A DNA stretch of 64,000 nt from Felis catus (lineage: Eukaryota): contig NC_058368.1 in NCBI RefSeq assembly GCF_018350175.1, positions 107,138,001 through 107,202,000 on the forward strand. The letters are read 5' to 3'. Both the position numbers and the translations under genes were made by a program. Below the pieces are notes generated by a model. The model was not told where the DNA came from, made no database searches, and saw nothing but the letters and a program-made list of their open reading frames with translations. The stretch's first letter is position 1, and each line of letters begins with the position of its first letter. Of the stretch, positions 50,396-62,459 are shown in pieces.

Positions 50396-50523
50396 GGGGC
50401 ACCTGGGTGGCTCAGTCAGTTAAGTGTCTGACTTTTGATTTTGGCTCAGGTCATGATTTCAAAGTTAATGAGATTGAGTCCCATGTGTTGGGCTCTGTGT
50501 TGACAGCAGGGAGCCTGCTTGGG

Positions 50524-50565
<42 letters not shown>

Positions 50566-50588
50566 AAAATAAATAAACATTAAAAAAA
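50396..50588 (+). mobile_element. Can-SINE
   Basis: ggggcacctgggtggctcagtc head, (CT)n, A tail. Confidence 0.92.
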
Positions 50589-50599
50589 ATTCCTCTTTT

Positions 50600-50803
50600 G
50601 GGATGCCTGGGTGGGTCCGACTTCAGCTCAGGTCATGATCTCGCAGTTCATGAGTTTGAGCCCCACGTTGGGCTCTGTGCTGACAGCTCAGAGCCTGGAG
50701 CCCGCCTCGGATTCTGTGTCTCCCTCTCTCTGCCCCTCCCCCATTCATGCTCTGTCTCTCTCTCAAAAGAAATAAACATTTAAAAAAAGAAGATATTTAA
50801 AAA
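50600..50803 (+). mobile_element. Can-SINE with a small deletion in the head
   Basis: TSD aattcctctttt at 50588-50599 and 50804-50815. Confidence 0.92.
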
Positions 50804-51134
50804 AATTCCTCTTTTATTGGAATGTTGTCAGGATGAAATGGCATAAAGCACTTTTGACACTAAAAGTCTAACACACATTGAGGTGCTATACCATTTGTTT
50901 TAAAAGTATGGTTACATTTTTTTTAACAATAGCATAAGGATATTATGGTATATCTTAAATGTGTGTAAAATGTTCTAGGCCCAGTGATATACTCAACTCT
51001 TTATTTTCTTCTTGCTTTTACAAAATGTAAACATTTTTCTTTTGTGATCTTGGATCTAAAATTTAAAAAAAAAAAACAAAAAACCTCACATTCTGTGTGT
51101 GTCTCTCTCAAAAATAAAAATTTTTTAAAAAGGT

Positions 51135-51380
51135 GGGGCGTGCCTGGGTGGCTTAGTTGGTTAAGTATCCTACTTCGGCTCAGGTCATGATCTCTCAGTC
51201 CGTTGGGTTCAGGCTCTTTGTCAGCCTCTGTCCAGACAGCTCAGAGCCTGGAGCCTGCTTCAGATTCTGTGTCTCCCTCTCTCTCTACCCCTACCCTGAT
51301 CACACTCTGTGTGGGTGTCTCTCTCTCAAAAATAAATGAAAAAACAAAAAACAAAAAAAACAAAAAAAAAAAAAACAAAA
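51135..51380 (+). mobile_element. Can-SINE, preceded by a short SINE-tail-like piece near 51090-51125
   Basis: ggggcgtgcctgggtggcttagttgg head and long A-rich tail. Confidence 0.9.
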
Positions 51381-53669
51381 TTCAAACACCCTGTTTTGTT
51401 TTTAACATTCTGGTGTTAACAATATTTTACAATGAATTGAAATGCAGTGATAATGCAAAAAGCAGTATACAATTCAAAGAGATTGGCTGTATTTCTATAT
51501 CATATACTTTAGTGAATTCAGTTTGTGCAGTAGTCTTCACTCTGTGGAAGAACTCCTTTTTGAATATACCGTAGTTCCTCTCTGTTCATTTTCTCCTGAT
51601 TTGCTTTAGGTTCCTGAGGTAGACTTGTCTTCTTCCCCAATTCGTTAGAGCTTTTACTTTGCAAGGGACTGTTACATGGAGAAGACCTTTTGCTAAGCAC
51701 CATGAAGAATATAGTGATAAAACGTATAAGCCTTTATCTCAAAATGCTCAGCACATAGTAGGATAAAGGCCAATCAGTTAGAGATACATATTAAAATTCA
51801 AAACGTGAAGTAAGCAGGAGTGCCTGGGGGAAAATGGAACAGGACTTTCTGTATCATCTCTGAGGAAGACAGGGTCAGTGGTACGAGACTAAGGCATAAG
51901 AAGAAGGTGTCTCATCTTAGGTGTTTTTCATATGGGCTGACATAATTTATTCATCTTATTTGTGATTGTTTCTTTTGCTTTCCTAGCACCTCAAATTCAA
52001 TGATCTAAAACCTAAAGTTGTCATGGTTTCCAAAAAGTACTATTTGTGTTTAACCTGATTTTCCTGTTTGTTTTAAGGGTATCATCCCTGCCCCGCCATC
52101 TTGGCTGTGGAGGCTTAAAGTCTTTGTAATCTTTGACTCTTCCCATTGTCTATATACCTACTCCACAAGCACAGGATTCATGCCTTGTTTGCAACTATGC
52201 TTTGTCTGCCGCTTTCATGGTTCCAGCCTTGCTTTGAATTAACTACTTCCCACTTTAGTACCACACTTGATGCCACTGCTGCCCGGCACCGCGCATATCT
52301 CTTTTCCTATACCTGGAATGCCTTTCCTCTATAATGACTTATGCAGGGCTGTCAATAGCAGACTCAGATGCAGCCTTGTCCATGAACCTTGCCTGTCCTC
52401 TTTTGTACCACGTACCTTTGCATCTGGCTTCAGAACAGCTGTAAGTGAATCCTTTTTTTCAAAATTCTATATTCCTCAGTTTCTGTTCGGTGGCTCTATC
52501 CCATGCTGCACCACATAATGATTAACTGAGAACATTCCTTATTCCTTAACTAGCTTTAAAGGCCCTCAAGCAAAAGGACTGTTCCTTTTCATGTGGCTAT
52601 TCTGAGTCTTGTGGAGTAAGGTAGGAATATATGCTTGTGTATGAATGAATGAATATATGAATATGTAACCATAGATAATGTCAGACGTAAATGGTTCAAC
52701 ATTTTCTTGAGATTAATATTTTTGGAAATATTTCTATATACGCTCTTTACAAATGTTCTAAAGAAGTACGTATATATTTAGATACATACACGCGGGATTT
52801 TACTTTTTTTACTCTCAGTATAAAAAGCATGTCTTCTTCCTAAGAATGCTACATTATTCCTTCACGATTTAAATGTAACATGGTTGGGGGTGGAGTGTAA
52901 TAGTTGTTCCCTGGAGTTAAAGATTTTAAACTAGGAAAAACAGTGACAATAGTTAGAGGGATACATCTTGCTGGGGAGATTTGAGGCCTGCTTTGCAAAT
53001 TTTTAAAATTCTCCCCATCCCCCATATCCCTGGTGATGCTGGAGTTTGTTTTAATTTCAAGCAGTGCCCCTGCCTTCTAATTTGAAGTAGCTAGATACCA
53101 TCACATGGCTAGAGTATAGCAAAAGCCAAAGTAAGAATTTTAAACGAAGCTAGGAGATAAACATGGAAGTTCTCCTCGTGGACATGTTGGTCCAGCAATG
53201 TCATGTATGCTGTGTGTAAAAGATGTATGAAATATAATTAATTTTCTCCACTATTCAGGATGGTATGTTTAGTTCAAGGTAGGCAAGAAGAAAAGCTGGA
53301 AAATTCTTTCTTAGTGTATATGATATTTTGTTTTAAGCAAATGCTCTGTACCAATAATTTGAAATTATCAGAGAAGTCTGAATATCAAGAGAGATGATCC
53401 AGAAGTATCCAGATTACCCACTCTAAGATCTTATAACCTTTAAATTCATGATACCTGACTTTTGTGTGTGCCTTTTTAATTAACTTAGTAGTTTTAACAT
53501 ACATATGTGTGTCTACACACATATATTTATATATGTATTTATATCCCTTTTTAATTCAGAAATCATCCTGAAGAAAAATTTTTGGCGTTTTATTGTATAG
53601 ACCAAATAGAAACCTTCTAGTAAGACCATTTCTCAGGAAAATTTAAAATGAGTACGTAGTCACAACAGC

Positions 53670-53810
53670 TAACATCTTTGAGCACTTAGTAACTTACGTG
53701 CATTCTCTTTAGCCACCCTGTAACACTTCGAAGTTTTGAAGTATTGTTTCCATTTTGCAGAGGAGGAAGCTGAGATAGAGAACCCAGAGAACTCACCCCA
53801 GGTGAAATAG
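53670..53810 (-). mobile_element. MIR
   Basis: tccattttgcagaggaggaagctgagatagaga. Confidence 0.6.
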
Positions 53811-55299
53811 CTTATGCATGGTTGCAACAGGCTTTTCAGTCAGGCCATCTGGCTCCACATCTTCCATGTGTGCCAGAGAACAATCCGTACAACTTTACCT
53901 GTCCTGTCCTTGGTGCCTGAGTCAGAAATGCCTCCTTGCCAGCCTACCAGCTGGGACTTCAGGAACCCCACATATTATTTCCATAAATTTTCTCTGCTCA
54001 TCATGCCGTGATGCTTTTACTCCCTGGGTCTGCATGTTGTTCCAGGAAAATTAACAGTGAGTGCTTGGCTATAGAGCTGCCGCATAAAGGAACGCATGTT
54101 GTGATCTCTGCAGAGCTGCCCCATCTCAGTGATAAATCACTCTGGGATTAAACAGGGATTCAGTCCTGAGATTGTTGGTAAAGGCTTTCAAAGGTTCACA
54201 CATGTTTTGTTACCAGTGGGCAGTGATGCTTCACTTTATCAGATTTTCAGAAAGCATACATATTACTTGTACTTTTTGCTCTAACCAGTCCTTGTTGAGC
54301 CAGATTGCTCCCTGGCCACTATTCTAGGAATAGAAGCAATGGGTTAAAAACCATGTGGCAGGAGGATGAATAACTGGACCTTAGAAAACCAAAATGCAGA
54401 ACCCCAAAGTAAATTCCTACTGACTTCATCAAAGCAGGCCTGATTGTTTTGCTCAGCGCTTGAACCTTTGTTGATGCCCAGCTGGGATCCAGAGGAGAGG
54501 GAGAAAGACAGGCATCTGTCTGGAAAATTGCCGTGACCATCAGGAATGACAACCAGAGCCTTGGAGGATAAGATGGATCCACTGGTACTTGACCCCAACC
54601 TTGTCTTCCCTGTCAGCCTCTTTAATCACCCACCCCTCTGGGCTCGCTTGTCTAATATACTGTAGTCATCAAAGCAGGGCATTAAGTACTGAGATCCCTT
54701 TTCCTGCAAATGTTATTCTGAGGATTGATGAGATTATGTTTGTGAAAGTTTCTAGCAAACATCAAATGAAAAGCATTGCCTGTATAGCAGGAGCTGCTAT
54801 GTTTGAAGCGGGACCCCGTTCTTCTCTGCCTTTTTCTCTTGTTTCCCTCTGAGACCCGTGACAACATTCATCCTCCGTTTTCCCCAGCTGGTGGGGAGAC
54901 GGTAAAGAGGACAAAGCTCCAAGTGGAGACGAGATAGGCTTTCCTTAGACATTGATGTCCGACTTGTATGGCTGTCATCTCTTCTAAAAAGAATGTTTCC
55001 TTTCAAATATACGTTATGCCCCCATAGATGTAATTAGACAAATGGAACTTTCTTTTTTTAAAAGACTTGACGCCACCTCTCACAAGGAACATTGTATCTG
55101 GCTGTGGTATTTTACATTTTTGGCATTGGGATAAACGTCAGCATTGGGAAAACAGAATGTTTTGTTAGGTTTAAAAGCAAATATTTTTGCTACTTGCATT
55201 TATGATGTCAATGATGTTCTCATATGTAGAATGTAGTCCTGCTCCAGGTTCTGTGGAAAATGGTTTTAGAGAGAGGCCGAAGAAGATCACAAGAATATA

Positions 55300-55510
55300 A
55301 GAATATTGATGTTAATCTTTCAGACGTGGGTTCAAACACTGAATTTGACGCTTACTAACTGCCTGAATTTAGACACACAGCTCAGTCTTCGTATATCTTT
55401 ACTTTTTCTTCCGTAAAAATAGAATAATAGTCATACTTGTTGCATAGAGATGTTATGAGGAAACCAGGCATTCATATGAAACACTTGGCACAAGTTTCAA
55501 ATGAACGGTC
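55300..55510 (+). mobile_element. MIR
   Basis: cagacgtgggttcaaac...cttactaactg...gtaaaaatagaataatagt...tgttatgagga. Confidence 0.6.
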
Positions 55511-57697
55511 ATTACTCGCGATGGCTTGTGTGCTTTTAAAATACGTATCGAAAGAGATCTGTGGGTACAGCACCAGTACCTGAATTAGAAGGCTAACATT
55601 TCTCTCCCTGGCTTCCTTCTAATGATCCAAGTGGTGTTATGACCATTAATTTTTTTGTTTGTTTGTTTGTTTTTGGCAAGATTATGGTTAGCCATGCTCG
55701 GGAAAATATTTTCAGCGCTAAAGAAATACACCTGAATGTTTATACACATATACATACACTTCAACATTTGCACAAAATGTTTGTGTATAGACATACGTAC
55801 ATACATCTATCTGTCTGTCTATGTATCATAAGGCTGATGCCAAAAGCCACAAACAACTCAATCCATTTAATGGCTGTGAGGCCAAGATGAGTCGATTGGC
55901 TGTCCGTTTATTCATCTATAAAATCAAAAGTTGAAAGTAGATGAACTCCCAATTTTCAACCTATAAGATTTTTAATGTATCCTTTCTTTTTATCTTCAAA
56001 TGCAGTCATATATAATAATATAATATAGTTATATAATACTAACCACCTCACTAAGGCAGCCTTTCCTTACCCTCTAACCAGATCACACCTCTGTTACACA
56101 TTCTCATTGCACCGTGTACCCATCCCTCTGTATGACCAGGGCATGTCCACTGCTCTGTAAGCTCGGTGAGATCTTTTCTGCCCATTACCCGCACAGTGCC
56201 TGTAGGGGACTAGTGCCTAGTAAGGACTTCATCCACATTGACTTTGAGACTGTTTTATACCTGGGCCTATTTCTGTGAATTTCCAACTGAAGCCGGCTGG
56301 AATCTCTTTCTTCTCAAAGTTTATTTCTGCAAGCAAGGTACTTTGTAACAAGCACATTATTTTGTTGATAATGTGTTGGCCCCATTCTTAGGATATTAGG
56401 TAAAATCTGGGAAAGTAAACAAAATTTCAGCAATTATTTAATGTAATTCTTGGAAAATAATCAAGACCAGAAGTCAGTGTATGCTGAGCTGAACAGATTG
56501 GCTTCTTTAAAAAGGACCATCTGTATTGTTTCATTCCGTTAATACCTGAAAATTATGGGAAGCACTTAGGCAGAAAAGAGCTGAGTGCGTCCAAGATGCT
56601 TCACTTCCAGTGCAGTCTTAGTCAATCTTTTAGAATCTCCAAGCCCTTGTTTTCGAATTGAACACTATATACCCCAAAGGCATAGTACGAAGATTAAATT
56701 AGATATGTTGCATATCTCAAAACAGCATCTTGTACCCAACCTCTATTTTTTGCCTCTTTTCACATATTTGCTACAACTATTTGACAGAGGAATTAAGGAA
56801 GGAAATTTCAAGTCATTGCTAAAACTAGAAATTATCTCTACTTATGTGCATTTCATCAGAAGTAAATCCTGAAGACATTCTACATGGAAGCGTAGTATTT
56901 CTCCCAGAAACACCCACAGACCAGTGCACATTCTAGGAATATGGGGGAGATTGTATTTCTCACCCGAGTCCAGGCTAATGGAAACCCAAGTGGCAGTGTT
57001 AATCATCTGTATTGGAGGTTCATGGAGTTATGATGATGACGGTCACTTTTCAAAAGCTCAGCAGAAATGGCATTTAGGGGAGATTGCTGAATTTTTACTT
57101 TTGTGTGAAAAAGGGCTTTGATTTTTTGAACGTAACAAGTTATTGATCATTGCAGTATGATTAATTACATTTTTAAAGACATGAATCTGTAAGAAAATCA
57201 ATACAAGGGATTTAGAATATGGCGACTTTGAGAAGCAGTTGCTAGTATATTTTATTCAGACATAAATCCAAAACACAGTGGAGTTTATTTCAAATCATAT
57301 GTTTGATCTAATGAAATATTTTCTTATAATGCTTTATCTTTGGTACTGAATGCTGTGAAAGGAATCTCTCTTCTTCTATTGTTATGAGAGCTTATAAATA
57401 AATCCCATTAGTGCTAATCTCTAAATTAAAGAATCTGACCAAAGTCCTTGTCTACTGATTTTTAAAAAAATGATTGTTTTCCTGTTGAGTATATTGTGTT
57501 TTATCCCCAAAGATCATGGATGTTTGAGTAGGAGTGGGGCAAGGGTGGGAACATATGTTCTCACATTTTGGGCTGTACTTATAAAAAGGCTTCAACAAAC
57601 GTAGAATAAACATTAGTTTTTTAATTACAGAAGTGTGGTGTGTTTAATTACTCTCATGTGCTTGGGTGACAGCACTTCTCCTGAGATACTGGACAAC

Positions 57698-58310
57698 TTT
57701 TTTTAAGACTTTATTTTTTTATTTTAATTTTTTTTAACCTTTATTTATTTTTGAGACAGAGAGAGACAGAGCATGAACGGGGGAGGGTCAGAGAGAGAGG
57801 GAGACACAGAATCTCAAACAGGCTCCAGGCTCTGAGCAGTCAGCACAGAGCCCGATGCGGGGCTCAAACCCACATACCGCGAGATCGTGACCTGAGCCAA
57901 AGTCAGCCGCTTAACTGATTGAGCCACCCAGGCGCCCCAAGACTTTATTTTTTTGAGAGCAGTTTTAAGTTCGCAGAAAAACTGAGAGGAAAGTACAGAG
58001 ACTTCTCATCTGCCCTCTGCCCCCACATATGCATAGCCTCCCCATCCACATCCTCCACCAGAATGGCATGTTTGTTACAATTGCTGAGTCTACACTGATG
58101 TATCATAATCACTCAAAGTCCAGGGTTTACAGTTCACCCACCATGTTGTATATACTATAGGCTTAGACAAATAATAATGACAAAAATCCATCACTATAGT
58201 ATCATACACGGTATGATACTATACCGTGTTTACTGCCTAAACACGGCCCTAAAAATCCTCTGTGTTCCTCTTGTTATTCCACCCTCCAACCCCTGGCAAC
58301 CACTGATCTT
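57698..58310 (-). mobile_element. L1MC1-like 3' end, interrupted by a SINE
   Basis: agagcagttttaagttcgcagaaaaactgagaggaaagtacagagac...aacccctggcaaccactgatcttt. Confidence 0.85.
57721..57938 (-). mobile_element. Can-SINE
   Basis: TSD aagactttattttttt at 57705-57720 and 57939-57954. Confidence 0.95.
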
Positions 58311-59153
58311 TGAGAACCTTTGTTTTTTTTTTTTAAAGAAGGAATTGTATTTGTCATAGAAACAGAGGTGATAGAAGTGAGGAGCTTCGTTTATTTTCAG
58401 TGCTGCAAGTTCCCACTCAATAGTGAGGAAACGTAATGCACTCAAAACCTGACTATTTGTGTCTCTGTTTCCTTATATAACAAGGGATTACTTTATTCCA
58501 AAGTACTATTTTGTCTCCTTTGTGTTACTTTATTTTGTATTTGGGGGCTGTACATTTGATCATCAGTAAAGATGATCATTTCTCAGTTCCTCATCTTCCT
58601 ACATATATACTCAAGTGAGAATAAGCAAATATTGGGCAGGCAACTCATCTTTTTTCACTGGATCCTGTTCTGTTATTTTAAAAATGTTACTCTGCTGTGT
58701 TAGCATTTTATGGAAATGTATGCATAGGAAAATATATCTATCTTTCTCTTTTCTCAAAACTCATTTGTACCGCCCTAAGGCTAATTAATATAAATTCCAT
58801 GTTATAAGCAGGTATTATCACTTAGCCATCAATGACAAGAAAAATAATAAAATCACTTTGGATCATCACATGTAGCAACATCTAATTTTTATGGAATTAT
58901 TAAGGAATTAGATAATAAATATAAATGGATATTTTAGATGATAAAGTATTATTTCCTTAAAAGTGCTTTTTTTATTTTAGTAAGTTTTCTCTAATACATC
59001 TTTCTAGAACACATTTATATGTGTATGAATTCTTGAAATATATTATTCTGAATATCAGCAAACATTTTTATGATGAACAAAGATCATTATCAGAAAAAAT
59101 ATTTTTATTGTTTTGGATTTTTTTCTGTACTGAAATAACTAAGAAGCCTTTAA

Positions 59154-59361
59154 TTTTTTTAATGTTTATTCATTTTTGAAAGACAGAGTCAGAGCACAAG
59201 CAGGGGTGGGGCAAGGAGAGAGGGGGACCCAGAATCTGAAGCAGGCTCCAGGCTCTGAGCTGTCAGCACAGAGCCTGACGCGGGGCTCGAACTCACGAAC
59301 CATGAGATCATGACCTGAGCCAAAGTCGGATGCTCAACTGACTGAGCCACCCAGGCGTCCC
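59154..59361 (-). mobile_element. Can-SINE with long TSD
   Basis: tgaaata(a/c)ctaagaagcctttaa at 59131-59153 and 59362-59384. Confidence 0.95.
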
Positions 59362-59489
59362 TGAAATACCTAAGAAGCCTTTAAGGGGTGTGCATTTTTT
59401 GGGCATTTTTATCGGCAGACTTCTGTTGGTCTTTCTGCTTTCTTTTTACATATTCTTTTTTTTCTTTTTAAAAATTTTTAAAAATTTTT

Positions 59490-59707
59490 TTTTAATTGTT
59501 TTTCAACGTTTATTTATTTTTGGGACAGAGAGAGACAGAGCATGAACGGGGGAGGGGCAGAGAGAGAGGGAGACACAGAATCGGAAACAGGCTCCAGGCT
59601 CTGAGCCATCAGCCCAGAGCCTGACGCGGAGCTCGAACTCACGGACCGCGAGATCGTGACCTGGCTGAAGTCAGACGCTTAACCGACTGCGCCACCCAGG
59701 CGCTCCC
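59490..59707 (-). mobile_element. Young SINEC_Fc-like SINE inserted in the tail of an older SINE
   Basis: aaaaatttttttt-type direct repeats on both sides. Confidence 0.93.
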
Positions 59708-59932
59708 AAAAAATTTTTTTTAATTTTTTTAAATGTTTATTTATTTTTGAAAGACAGACACATGGCATGAGTGGGGGAGGGGCAGAGAGAGAGGAAGATG
59801 CAGAATCAGAAGTAGGTTCCAGGCTCTAATCTGTCAGCCTAGAGTCCGACATGGAGCTCAAACCCACAAACCATGAGATCATGACCTGGGCTGCAGTCAG
59901 ATGCTTAATCAACTGAGCCACCCAGGTGCCCC
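59708..59932 (-). mobile_element. Older Can-SINE
   Basis: CpG-depleted; outer near-TSD acatattcttttt / acatgttcctttt. Confidence 0.92.
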
Positions 59933-60420
59933 AACATGTTCCTTTTTTTCCAATTGGAGATTGTATTTAAGTATTTTCTTTTCTCTAAATGTGAAAAATG
60001 TATTTTTATCCTTCAAGTAGCCCTATTGTCTACCCCTCATATTTACCTTTCTTTCCTTTAATCTAGCCAAAAGACTAATCCTGTTAAGCCAGTTAATATA
60101 ATGTAGGCTCAACTGAAGTTTCCTATAGTCTAAGAATTTTCATAGTCTCCTTAACATAATTTACATTAGCTCTGTGATTTTATGAAAGAGGCCCTTTCTC
60201 CACTTACTTCTGGGTTTATGATTGTTTCAGATACCTTTAATTGCTAAAAATATCCTCTTCAACAAGTGGAAATTCTTGTATCAGACTTTTAAATAGGAAA
60301 ATGTAATACATATTGTTAATCAAATATTGATATGGATGTGGAGTGTGTAAAGCACCCTCAAAATTTCATGAACAGATTAAGATTAGTTTGGTGTTAGAAA
60401 ATTTGTGTATAATTATCACA

Positions 60421-60627
60421 ATTTTTATATTTTTAATTTTTTAAATATTTATTTTTGAGAGCACGCAAGCAGGGGAGGGCCAAAGAAAGGGGGACAAAGG
60501 ATCCAAAGTGGGTTCTGCACTGACAGGCTGACAACAGTGAGCCTGATGTGGGGCTCGAATTCACAAACTGTGAGATCATGATTTGCTGAGGTCGGACACT
60601 TAATCGACCAAGCCATCCAGATGTCCC
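60421..60627 (-). mobile_element. Can-SINE
   Basis: SINE motifs. Confidence 0.9.
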
Positions 60628-62044
60628 TAATTATGATGATTTTTAAATCAGAGCGTTTTTTATCTCACCTGATATGGCATTATTTTATTCAACACCAAAA
60701 AACTCACTTTTTAATAGATTAAGCATGAAGTGAACAAAAGAAAAAATGCTGCCTTCCAGTGGGTATTATAATTTTTTCTTATTAATAGTTTCAATTTGCA
60801 AATGTTACAAAATGTGTTAGGTTGCATCACCATGATTTAACTTTCCAGTATCTCTGATCTGTTTGTGACCGTGGACACACAGGCATTGGTTGAAAAATAG
60901 TTGCCGAATTGATGTTAAAAGAATAGGCACTGCCTGACTTGACCCTGCCTGTTAGATTTCTTCTCATTTACTTTTCGAAAACTGGATTCCTATTACTTGT
61001 GTGTGTGTAACTATATACATTTCTCTCTGTGTGGATATGTGGAGGCAGATCAGTAAGGGAAATACAGAGGCCTGTAAATTGGCAGCCATGATGTCCTGAT
61101 GATAAGAGAAATGGAAGCTTATTATTGTCAGCATGTGTCCAGATAACAACAGTGGACTAACAAGGTTGTTCATCCAATATTTACACTTCAATGTGAAAAT
61201 GCAGTTGTAACTGATTTATTGAACTAGCTGAACACAGTAGGGGGCACGCATCTTTATTCTTTAATGTTAGTATCTTTCCGTCATGCTCCTGGCTAAAATT
61301 CCTTGCAGTCCCCACCGCTTGTGCATTCACTCCAGGCACTAAAAAGTGGTTTTGTTTTTCAGGCAATAAAAAGTGCCCTGCAGCCTAATGTCAAATCTTC
61401 ATTCTCTAACTAGCTTGCCAGTTCCTGTCTTCCCCTGCTCTGGCTTCCCTTAGCTTCTTCACTGTTTGCCTCCTCTTACACTCACTAGGCTGTCTGTGCT
61501 TTGGAGAGTTAGAGGAGATAGATGAGACAGGGGAGAGGAAAAGAGAAGACAGGGCCCTCTGAGAAGGTGCCCTCTGAGACAGCTGGAGATCCAAATGCAA
61601 TTTTTTTCCTTGTGTGGTGCTTTTGTGGGTTTCTCCAGGAGCCCTTCCCTGGGGTGTTCCAAGTCTCTCCCATGCTCAAGGCCCCTCCATTCAGCCCCCA
61701 ACAAATAACTCCCCCTCAGTACCTGACTGCCAGTGCTTCCCATCTCGTAGCTTCTCCCATCCACTGGTCCACGTGGGCGGAGTCACTTTCAGGAGAAGGC
61801 AAGGTTGGCTTCCTTTCTCAAGGGTCCACCTCTCACCGTTAATACTCTCACCTCCTCGTGCAGGTTCTAGGAGGTCTGTTGAGCGTTTAAACAATTTCAG
61901 CTGTGTGCTTGTCCCAATCCCCTGCGTCCTCCAAACTCTGAAGAGCATGTATCACATTACATGACCCACCCATTTCTCTGTCTATGGGTTATGTTCCTTG
62001 CCCATGGACTTGAATGCACGTTATTTATGTATTTATTAAAAACA

Positions 62045-62252
62045 ATTTTTTTTAACGTTTATTGATTTTTGAGAGACAGATAGAGCCTGAGTGGGGGAGG
62101 GGCAGAGAGAGAGGGAGACAAAGAATCTGTAGCAGGCTCCAGGCTCTGAGCTGTCAACACAGAGCCTGACGTGGGGTTCAAAGTCACAGACGGCGAGACC
62201 ATGACCTGAGCCAAAGTCAGATGCTTAACTGACTGAGCCATCCGGGCGCCCC
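62045..62252 (-). mobile_element. Can-SINE
   Basis: SINE motifs. Confidence 0.92.
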
Positions 62253-62416
62253 CACATAATTTCTTTATTCGTGGTGCACACATGTCGTGGAGTTGTTTCC
62301 ATTTAAGAGTGCCGTGCTCCTTCAGTGAAGTCTCACCGGTAGGAGAGAAGGAAGCAATCACTTAATGAAAAGTGCCTCATCTCAGATTGATGCTTCCCAA
62401 ATGGAAGCTTTATACA

Positions 62417-62418
<2 letters not shown>

Positions 62419-62458
<40 letters not shown>
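62419..62458. repeat. (TG)n microsatellite
   Basis: Seen directly. Confidence 0.97.

Positions 62459-62459
<1 letters not shown>

Noticed and set aside
61406..61964. Cluster of overlapping ORFs in a GC-richer patch
   Set aside because: No recognisable protein and few CpGs; expected by chance where stop codons are rarer.
3658..62252. tRNA-like A/B boxes (tggctcagtcgg, gttcgagccc)
   Set aside because: These are SINE heads followed by (CT)n and A tails, not tRNA genes.
3630..62361. Recurrent similar ORFs (GAPGWRSRLSVRLQPGHDLAVREFEP..., SLEPASDSVSPSLS...)
   Set aside because: They are translations of Can-SINE copies, not a gene family.
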